From: Chrysochromulina tobinii
Lineage: Eukaryota
DNA: 49,384 bases
Reading direction: 5' to 3'
Assembly: GCA_001275005.1 (NCBI GenBank)
Contig: JWZX01003011.1
Coordinates: forward strand, 1-49,384
In this document: in pieces, positions 1 through 7,803 of the stretch
Numbering within the stretch: position 1 is the stretch's first letter
How the letters are laid out: each line of letters opens with the position of its first letter
Made by a program: the position numbers and the translations under genes
Notes under the pieces: model-generated
Seen by the model: the letters and a program-made list of their open reading frames with translations, nothing else
Databases searched by the model: none
Told to the model about the DNA's origin: nothing

Positions 1-290
1 CACCCTCGCCGCCACCCTCGCCGCCCCCGCCTTCGCCGCCCCCGCCCTCGCCGCCACCCTCACAACCACCCTCTCCGCCATCTTCTCCGCCACCATCGCC
101 GCCACCACCATCGCCGCCGCCGCCGTCGCCACCGCCGCCCTCTCCACCGCCCTGCTCAACACCGCAATCTCCACCTCCACCTTCGCCACCGCCACCGTCG
201 CCGCCACCGCGGCCGCCACCGCCATCACCACCGCCACCATCGCCCCCACCGCCCTTGCCTCCGCCGCCCAGTCCACCTCCGACTCCTCCT
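1..290 (+). repeat. Pro-rich (CCN) low-complexity coding repeat
   Basis: Degenerate ccgcca/tcgccg repeats encoding PSPPP. Similar tracts occur at ~765-925 and ~1240-1360. Confidence 0.9.
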
Positions 291-3200
291 CCAATCCTCA
301 TCTTCTCCATTGACGGGTCAACTTCAGTTTCGTTCCTTCTTGTCGCCGGAAAGGCCACATACCTCAATGCCAATGGGCCAGCAGACACGCTCCATGCGGG
401 AGACATCTTCATCTTTCGACCGTGGAAGACGCACGGCACATGGGCAGGCGCTCCAAGCATCTCCACTGGTGCTAATTGCAATGGTGCGGCCTCCGTCTTC
501 CGAAACGAGCTGAGCGTCAGCATTCATGACTCAGGCTACACGCCTGGGGTCGATGCGCGGCATGGAGGTCGCGGAAACCCTGGTCGCTTCGGAGAGATAG
601 AGTTTGTGATGCGCGTCTACGGGCTTCATGGATACGAATGGCAGGGGGAGGAATGTACCTACTTCCTTTGCTTCGCCCACTTGCCGCCAGCAAGTGATGT
701 GGCTGTTACCGACGCTCACTTCACGCCGATCCCGTACATTACGCTCTACGTGCAACACGAGCCACCCTCCGCGCCGCCGCCTCTACCGCCGCCGCCCTCC
801 CCGCCACCCTCCCCGCCGCCGTTGCCACCACCGCCGTCGCTGCCACCGCCATCGCCGCCACCGCCCTCGCCGCCACCCTCGCCACCGCCCTCGCCGCAAC
901 CCTCGCCACCACCATCTCCACCTTCCCAGCTGCCTCTGTTCCCGCCCATCAGCCCCGGTGGCTTGAGCACAGGAGGCTACTACGTCGACGTTGCGCTTGT
1001 CTTCCAATCTAGCTCAGGATCTGGTCTGGACCAAACCATCATCGACCAAATCTCCGAGGACCTCGTCGGCCAGCTCGCAGTTTATATGGCCACGAACCTC
1101 TCTTGGTATCGGCCGGCCCCGACCTCACCCCCTCCGGAGCCTACCTGGGGCGTGGCTAACAACGGCAGCTACGTCCACAATAGCAGCTACGTCCACAATA
1201 ACACGCACGCTGCCCCCAACTCCAGCTCGTTGCGAAATCCACCTGCATCACCGCCGTCCCCACCTCCACCCTCGCCGCCCCCACCCTCACCGCCGCCCTC
1301 TGTCGCTCCCGAACCGCCTCCTTCGCCTCCGCCACCCTCGCCGCCTCCACCTTCACCACCAGCAGTGGGTCGCAGGCTGTCATCGATCTGGGTTGGACAT
1401 GCTCGCGAGATTCTCCCCGGAGAGCTCCTTCAGTTAGAGACCTCGGTCGTCAATCTGCACCCGCGTCGACGTCTCGCAACGCCCTGCACGCAAAACGCCA
1501 GCTCGAATGCCTCCATGCAGGAGACCGTCATCGTCACCAGGATCCTCATGAGAACGCGTCTTGCCTTCTCGACCTTTATGAACGTGATGGCGCAAGAGGA
1601 GCCGCCTGAGATCCAGCTAACGGTCACGACGAGCAACAATCGTACACTCGTTCCGTGTGCTAGGCCAGCAATCATCAGCTCCGGGGTTGGCTACATCGCA
1701 GGCCCATCGCCTCCACCTGCGTTGCCTTCATCCGTGCCTCCAGCGGCACCATCTTTTTTGCCACCACGCGTTGCCCCTCGCATCACCCGCGCTAGGCTGC
1801 TGGCATCGCAGCGGGTAGCCCTCGTCTTCTTCTCCACCGCAGTCGTCTCGGCACGTGAAGGCGTTACTGCTCCATTGGACGGGGATCATTTTCGACTTTG
1901 GCTCTCTCCCGGTCCAATATCGCTCACCGGCTGGAACCTGACGCAATGGGCCGAGGATTTCAACACGACAGCCCTCAACGCGAGCGCGAGGCCAGCGGCA
2001 GCCAGGCGACTCACAGAGCAGCTCGGGGTGAGCCAAGCCGCCTTTGCGCTCCATCTCGAGGCGACGCGTGGCACGGCGGCGGATCAGTCGCAACAGCTCT
2101 ACGTCAGTGCAGCTGAGGGCAGCGTGAAGGACCTCGTTGGGACGCTGATGGGCACCGAGGCTGTCGCGGCTGGGGCAGTAGATCCGTCGATGTTTGCGTC
2201 TTTTGTGGCGGGCACCCCATCAGTTGGTTCTGGCACTGGCACGATAGCAACACTTGTCGCCAGCGCATCGGCAATTCCTGCTGCCTTCGTCTTGGGTGCT
2301 TGGATATATTCTCGTCGGAGACGAAATGCGCGCCTTGTTGCGGAAAAGGCAGCTCCTCCGACGCTGGAACGCGTCGCGATCGTCGTGCGAACCGATGCTG
2401 AGCCGGCGAAGGAAGCGTTGCGACAAGGCAGGCAGCTGTCCGGGAGGTCCAGAACAACCAACATCGCAGCGTTGAAGCGTGCGCTTCCACCTTCTTTAAA
2501 CAGGCCCTTCGTGTTGGGCTCGTTGTTAGTGCCAGCAGCAGCACCAACACCAGACCCGGAGGATGTACCAGCGGTGCTGCTCATGCTCGAGCCTGAGCCG
2601 AAGCCGCCGCCATCAGAGCATCAAGCGCCTCCCTTTCTTCTCCGACCAGAACATGAACCAGTGACTCCGCCATGGTGTCTAGACGCAGTGGATGTACCAG
2701 CGGTGCTGCCCGTCCTCGAGCCTGAGCCGAAGCCCCCACCATCAGAACAGGTGCCTCTCCATCCTCTCCAACCACCACCTGAGCCAGCGCCCCCGCCACC
2801 AGGACCGCCACCAGCAGCACCAACGTCAGACCTGGCAGATGTACCAGCTGTGCTGCCCGTCATAGGGCCTGAGCCGAAGCCCCTGCCACCAGAGCAGGCG
2901 CCACCCCATCCTCTCCAGCCACCACCTGAGCCAGCGCCCCCGCCACCAGGACCGCCACCAGCAGCACCAACGTCAGACCTGGCAGATGTACCAGGTGTGC
3001 TGCCCGTCATAGGACCTGAGCCGAAGCCCCTGCCACCAGAGCAGGCGCCACCCCATCCTCTCCAGCCACCACCTGAGCCAGAGTCCCCTCTACCAGTGCC
3101 GCCAACTCCACCACCAAAACTTGATCCCAAGGACGTACGCCATTGGCTGCCCGTGCTCGAGCCTGAGTCGAAGCCCCCGCCAACAGAGCTCATGCCTGTA

Positions 3201-4802
3201 CCAGCAGCAGCAGCGCTGCAGGATGCCCAGCTTCGACTGCTGCCGCCTCTCCGCTTGGGAAGAGGGATGGTGTCGCAACAAGCCCCGGCGCCGGCGCCGG
3301 CGCGAGCGCTGCAGAACAAAGCCGCGCCGGTACGTCCACCGCCGTCAAAGGAGGCCTTGGAGCGATTCGGGGCGCAGGCTGAGCGGAAGGTGGCGCGTCA
3401 GTGCCTGCTCGTCAAGCTGCGTGTGGCCAAGCGCCGCATCGAGCCGCTCCAGCCTGTGCAGTTCCATGGGAGCAAGCATGAGGGGGGCGTCGACGTGTAC
3501 ATCGAACCTCTCCTAGCCGAGGCGATCTGCAAGGAGGTTGCGGTAGCGCTGCAGATTCTCAATGAACTTCTCGTGGGCAACGGCTTCGCACCTCTCGGGC
3601 TGTGCGTCGAGGGGCACACATCTGCCTCGATCCATGGACACGAGGAGAGCCTGATGATCTCGACCACGCGAGCCGAGCGCTGCGAGACGAGCATCAAGGA
3701 GCACACGCTCGCACGCACCTCGGCGCGCCTTGAGGAAGAGGAGCACGCGATGATCGCCAAGATCGCGGAGGGGCGCCTGCTCACCATCGACGACCGCACC
3801 CAGTTCCCAAAAGGGCGTGGGCGGGAACGGTCGGTCGCACAGGCAGCAGGCGCCACAGGTGTCGTCATGGCATGCACTGAAGAGTTCTGGGCAGATCTTG
3901 GTGTGATTGGCAACGCGAAACTGGGAAAGCGCCTCACCTCCCTGGTCAAGATGGCAAAGGGGTCGACCTTTCCGAACGAGAGCTTCCCCAACAACTCGGG
4001 GCGCACGGGGCAACCGACATGGCACGTGGTCCCTTCCATGGACGCGCTTCAAACAGCAGCTAAGGACATGTCGGTCAAGGCACGTGCCGAGGCCGACCAG
4101 GTGTGGGGTCTCCCGATCGACCAGCTCATCGTCCATCGAGGCTACGGCTCGACGAAACCGCTGCCTGGGTACGACAGCGACGAGAACTTTGAGCAGAACC
4201 GTCGAGTGGAGATGCGCCTGCTCGAGCCAGGGGAAGATGGGTACTGTGGGAGCTTTGCGGAGGCTCAGGTTGCAGCTCGGACTCCTCGCCAGCCAGTGGA
4301 TGCCGCCGCCCCTCCGAGCACGGCGACTGCTGAGACCAATCCAAAGTTGGCGGCATCGGCATGGGTTCGGAGCCATGCACCAGCTGTGGAGAACAAGCAC
4401 CACGCATGGGCGACGCAACCAACGGACGTGACGTGGTCAAAGGTGATCCAGCGCGACTTCCGCTCCAGGCTGTTCCAGACCCATCCGCAGATCCAACCCA
4501 ACCAGCGAAGCTCAGCCGATGACACTGCCAGCAGCGGCAGCTCCGGAGGCAGCCGGAGATCGCGTGTTGCAGCGCCATCGCTCGAGGTCAGCGCGGAACG
4601 GGAGCCGTTGGCGCTTCCGTTGCTCCTGGCTCAGGTGCTGCAACTCACGACCACTGCTCTGTCCATTGCTGCCGCGCCGGTCAAATTACCGGTCAACTAT
4701 CCCTCTCCCTCTTCCGGCACCGATTCCGCCTCCTCGTCCTCCCGCTCATTGGACCCCACATTTCAGCGGCCAGACCACACGAGTCGTGAAGTGTGGATGT
4801 GA
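1..4802 (+). CDS. Large Pro/Ser-rich single-pass membrane protein with C-terminal OmpA-like domain (5'-partial)
   Basis: The frame is open from the window start (PSPPP repeats). It has SPPP extensin-like tracts, a hydrophobic segment (ATLVASASAIPAAFVLGAWIY followed by SRRRR, ~2245-2325), Pro-rich tandem repeats, and OmpA-C-like motifs 'VEGHTS...ISTTRAE' and 'GYGSTKPL...EQNRRVEM'. Confidence 0.75.
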   Translation, partial: PSPPPSPPPPSPPPPSPPPSQPPSPPSSPPPSPPPPSPPPPSPPPPSPPPCSTPQSPPPPSPPPPSPPPRPPPPSPPPPSPPPPLPPPPSPPPTPPPILIFSIDGSTSVSFLLVAGKATYLNANGPADTLHAGDIFIFRPWKTHGTWAGAPSISTGANCNGAASVFRNELSVSIHDSGYTPGVDARHGGRGNPGRFGEIEFVMRVYGLHGYEWQGEECTYFLCFAHLPPASDVAVTDAHFTPIPYITLYVQHEPPSAPPPLPPPPSPPPSPPPLPPPPSLPPPSPPPPSPPPSPPPSPQPSPPPSPPSQLPLFPPISPGGLSTGGYYVDVALVFQSSSGSGLDQTIIDQISEDLVGQLAVYMATNLSWYRPAPTSPPPEPTWGVANNGSYVHNSSYVHNNTHAAPNSSSLRNPPASPPSPPPPSPPPPSPPPSVAPEPPPSPPPPSPPPPSPPAVGRRLSSIWVGHAREILPGELLQLETSVVNLHPRRRLATPCTQNASSNASMQETVIVTRILMRTRLAFSTFMNVMAQEEPPEIQLTVTTSNNRTLVPCARPAIISSGVGYIAGPSPPPALPSSVPPAAPSFLPPRVAPRITRARLLASQRVALVFFSTAVVSAREGVTAPLDGDHFRLWLSPGPISLTGWNLTQWAEDFNTTALNASARPAAARRLTEQLGVSQAAFALHLEATRGTAADQSQQLYVSAAEGSVKDLVGTLMGTEAVAAGAVDPSMFASFVAGTPSVGSGTGTIATLVASASAIPAAFVLGAWIYSRRRRNARLVAEKAAPPTLERVAIVVRTDAEPAKEALRQGRQLSGRSRTTNIAALKRALPPSLNRPFVLGSLLVPAAAPTPDPEDVPAVLLMLEPEPKPPPSEHQAPPFLLRPEHEPVTPPWCLDAVDVPAVLPVLEPEPKPPPSEQVPLHPLQPPPEPAPPPPGPPPAAPTSDLADVPAVLPVIGPEPKPLPPEQAPPHPLQPPPEPAPPPPGPPPAAPTSDLADVPGVLPVIGPEPKPLPPEQAPPHPLQPPPEPESPLPVPPTPPPKLDPKDVRHWLPVLEPESKPPPTELMPVPAAAALQDAQLRLLPPLRLGRGMVSQQAPAPAPARALQNKAAPVRPPPSKEALERFGAQAERKVARQCLLVKLRVAKRRIEPLQPVQFHGSKHEGGVDVYIEPLLAEAICKEVAVALQILNELLVGNGFAPLGLCVEGHTSASIHGHEESLMISTTRAERCETSIKEHTLARTSARLEEEEHAMIAKIAEGRLLTIDDRTQFPKGRGRERSVAQAAGATGVVMACTEEFWADLGVIGNAKLGKRLTSLVKMAKGSTFPNESFPNNSGRTGQPTWHVVPSMDALQTAAKDMSVKARAEADQVWGLPIDQLIVHRGYGSTKPLPGYDSDENFEQNRRVEMRLLEPGEDGYCGSFAEAQVAARTPRQPVDAAAPPSTATAETNPKLAASAWVRSHAPAVENKHHAWATQPTDVTWSKVIQRDFRSRLFQTHPQIQPNQRSSADDTASSGSSGGSRRSRVAAPSLEVSAEREPLALPLLLAQVLQLTTTALSIAAAPVKLPVNYPSPSSGTDSASSSSRSLDPTFQRPDHTSREVWM
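2562..3200 (+). repeat. Coding tandem repeat, ~5 units (periods 129,147,147,147 bp)
   Basis: Units start at gatgtacca/gacgtacgc (2562, 2691, 2838, 2985, 3132) and encode DVPAVLPV..PEPKP.P.EQ.P.HPLQPPPEP. Units 3 and 4 are nearly identical over most of their length. Confidence 0.9.
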
Positions 4803-5047
4803 GTGGAGGCGGGACGGCTTGAATTCTCAAGTGGGCCATCTTGCAACAGTCGTACTCGACTAACCTCAAGCACGAGTATGGAAAAGTAGTAGTAGACCGC
4901 GGAGTGCTGCATTCAAAAAACTGCACCAAAAACAGAGTTGCTGCCCGTGCGCGCGTTGTGTTAGGGTTTGAAGTTGATTTTTTGGCGGGAATCGCTGAAG
5001 ACCAAAGTTGATCGATTCAACTGACCTTTTAAGTAGACTGCTTTGCT

Positions 5048-6274
5048 ATGGCAACCGGTGTGATGGCGTCGTCAGAGCTGCGTGAAGCAGTGGCAGTGGG
5101 CGTCTGGTTCGTCGGCATGGTGACGCTGCTGATGCGGGCTCAGGCCCGCCCTCGTACACCGGGCATCGCTACACGTATCGACACGCATCACTTGCAAGTC
5201 GGAAAAGGGCGGCGATCTCGCTTTCAGAACTCGCAGGTGCCACCCATATATTGTGCGGCGGGATCACGCGAGTACCAGGCGGTGATTGCGACCATACTCG
5301 ACTCGAGCGATGTCGTGCTCGAAATCGGCTGCCAGCTGAACAGTCTGACGAGGCTCATGTCGGAGCGGGCCTCCGCGGTCGTGGGCGTAGACCTGGACAG
5401 GAAGGCGCCCACGACCTCGGAGCTGCGCTCAAACGGATTCTACCGGAAGCACAGTGATCCAGCCGAGTTGGGGCTATCCAATGTCGCCTTCCACCTCATG
5501 GACACATGGGACCTGCAAATCCTGCTCGAGGCGGCACGCGCCGGCCCGCACGCTGCCGTGAGCATCGTCGTCGTCGATATGACCGTCGTGCTTGGGAATG
5601 ATCTCGTGCTCGAGGTGCTCGCGCTGTTACGGGCGCTGCATCGGCTACTCTCGCCGCGCGCGCTCGTCGTCAAGTCACGTGCGCTCGCCGGCCTACAGCA
5701 CCGGCTGCGTCCCGCGCCGGCGGCCTGCCCACTTTCCGACGAGCTGCAGCGACGTGTGCTCCTCATAGCAGCCGACCTGGTGCACGACTATCGGTGCGCG
5801 GCTCTCAGCCGGCTGCATCTGCTGAAGCCGGGCGAAAGCGCACTCGAGATTGGGTGCCACGTCGGCGCGAGCACGGCGCTCCTCGACCAAGCGATTGCGG
5901 CTCGCGGCGGCGGCCGCTGCGTGGGCGTCGACGTGAGCGACGCCATCATCGCGCGCGCACGCGCGCTCCACCCGAATGTACTCTTCGAGGTCGCGGACGC
6001 GTGGGATGCGGCGAGCCTAGTGAGCAGCCTTGCGCGATGCGGCGTGGGACCGCCGAGTCTACTCCTGCTCGACGTTGGCGGCCTCTCGGGATCCAGCGGC
6101 ACGCTCGACGCCCTCGCCCTCGTGCGAGTGCTCTGCGCTCTCTTCCATTCCAGCCTGCGTGTGCTCGTCATCAAGAGCAGCTGCATGCGGACCCTCGCTA
6201 TGCAACTGCGACCCACGCGCGAGGTGGTGCCACCGGACGCCAAACAAGGCCAATTCGGGCGCAGCGATCATTGA
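5048..6274 (+). CDS. Protein with two tandem class I SAM-dependent methyltransferase-like domains
   Basis: Two copies of motif I (VLEIGCQ / ALEIGCHVG), each followed by VGVD, D(T/A)WD, a hydrophobic-strand D and (V/I)KS. Confidence 0.75.
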   Translation: MATGVMASSELREAVAVGVWFVGMVTLLMRAQARPRTPGIATRIDTHHLQVGKGRRSRFQNSQVPPIYCAAGSREYQAVIATILDSSDVVLEIGCQLNSLTRLMSERASAVVGVDLDRKAPTTSELRSNGFYRKHSDPAELGLSNVAFHLMDTWDLQILLEAARAGPHAAVSIVVVDMTVVLGNDLVLEVLALLRALHRLLSPRALVVKSRALAGLQHRLRPAPAACPLSDELQRRVLLIAADLVHDYRCAALSRLHLLKPGESALEIGCHVGASTALLDQAIAARGGGRCVGVDVSDAIIARARALHPNVLFEVADAWDAASLVSSLARCGVGPPSLLLLDVGGLSGSSGTLDALALVRVLCALFHSSLRVLVIKSSCMRTLAMQLRPTREVVPPDAKQGQFGRSDH

Positions 6275-6426
6275 ACAAGAGCGTTCTCTCCTGCATTTCA
6301 CGCCCCGAAGCTCGACGCCCCTCCTCAACCTAATCCTGCGTGGCCTACCAGGTAGATTCCGAGTAGGCGGCGAGTGTTGACAGCCGATTCACACCGAAGG
6401 CCGAAACCGCCACGTGTCATAACAAA

Positions 6427-7563
6427 ATGGCGAGTGACCCGCCTCAATTCATCATCGTCTCGTGCGTGAAGTCACGGGCCGAGCTGCAATCCATCGAGCA
6501 TGCGGCAGTCGTCCGCGACTTTTTGCCATCGCTCGTCAAGACAGTCACTCTCGAGGAGCGCCGCGCGTGGCGCATCAGCCTCTACCTGTGCGCTGATGAT
6601 ACTGATCAGTTCTACGTGAGCCAGGCTGCGGCTCTCCGCAATGCGAGTGCGACGATCGCGCCGTGGCTGACGTTGCGGCTGCTCTTCTACACGGCCACAC
6701 AGAATCGCGTTCCCAATCGCGAAGCGGCACTTCAGGCCTATGCTGACGGGGCGGAGTACCTGCATCGCACGAATGACGACATCTCGTTCATGAGCTCGCA
6801 TTGGCTGACTGACGCCGTGACGGCGCTGCGATCCCTCAGCCCGCCCAATGTTGGCGTGGTGGGCCCGAAGGTGTATGGCGATGGCATCCGCGGCGGCGCG
6901 ACGACCCTCGACGTCGTGCATCGCACCCACCTTGACATCTTCCATGACTACTACCCGCCGCAGCTTGACAACTGGTTCGTCGATGACTGGATCGCCTTTA
7001 CGTACACGCGCGGACGCAAGCGACGCACGTTTGTGCTCGCCGGGCACAAGCGCTTCCCTTCATTGTTTTGGCGCGTGCAGCACGTCTTCACGCATGGGCG
7101 CCGGTACAAGGTAGCGATGGCACAAAAAGGGCTGCTTCCTGCCCTGATCGAGTGTGGTCGCGACGCCGTGGATGGATGGATCAATCACACTGGGAGAGCG
7201 GCTGCTGCTTGCGCGAGCGGTGCGGCTGCGCCACCGCCATGGCCTCGCGTCTCTTGTCGTGCCGAGGTCCAGCTGCCGACCGCCGACCGGAGCGCGCTTG
7301 CATCAGGCTGGCCCGACGCCTACACGCCCGTGACGGCGCCTGCTTGGGGGGTGAGCGCCGTGACGAGTGCCTCAAAGCGAGCCTCCGCGCCCAATCGTAC
7401 GCGCGCGCACCACGACGTGCCGCCGCCCGAGCAGGTGTGTCGGCCGCGGCTCGAGGCCATCCGACCGCTCGAGAATGCGGGATTGTACAAGCAGGCCGCC
7501 GGCTACTGTGCGCAGCTCCTGCCTATCGATCGGGGCAGGTGCATGGCCACATCCTCCCAATAG
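6427..7563 (+). CDS. Putative GT-A fold (GT2-like) glycosyltransferase
   Basis: Motifs 'YLHRTNDDI', 'PPNVGVVGP', 'VHRTHLDIF..YYPPQLDNWFVDDWI', recalled as typical of a widespread algal GT-A family. Confidence 0.6.
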   Translation: MASDPPQFIIVSCVKSRAELQSIEHAAVVRDFLPSLVKTVTLEERRAWRISLYLCADDTDQFYVSQAAALRNASATIAPWLTLRLLFYTATQNRVPNREAALQAYADGAEYLHRTNDDISFMSSHWLTDAVTALRSLSPPNVGVVGPKVYGDGIRGGATTLDVVHRTHLDIFHDYYPPQLDNWFVDDWIAFTYTRGRKRRTFVLAGHKRFPSLFWRVQHVFTHGRRYKVAMAQKGLLPALIECGRDAVDGWINHTGRAAAACASGAAAPPPWPRVSCRAEVQLPTADRSALASGWPDAYTPVTAPAWGVSAVTSASKRASAPNRTRAHHDVPPPEQVCRPRLEAIRPLENAGLYKQAAGYCAQLLPIDRGRCMATSSQ

Positions 7564-7803
7564 AGAGAATAAGAGTGTACCATCCTCGCAATCCTGCCGT
7601 ACATTTATCATTTTTCTTTATCTGGAAGTTTGTATCTGGTAGTTCTGTATCTGCCAAATCTGGAACTTTGCCCTCGCTCAGCGGAAACCCACACGAGCCT
7701 CCGGACGAACGGGGCGTAAGACGTCGTAACTGCCGAACGCGACTCGAACTGTGTTCGGAACCTATCCTGGTGACCCCTTACGGTTACACGTGCCGTTACG
7801 GGG

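Noticed and set aside
3705..4100. Insert in the OmpA-like domain as an intein
   Set aside because: No N-terminal C/S block-A motif, no terminal HN-C/S/T and no LAGLIDADG motifs.
4961..4969. Telomere-like TTAGGG
   Set aside because: Single copy (another single copy at ~33445), with no array.
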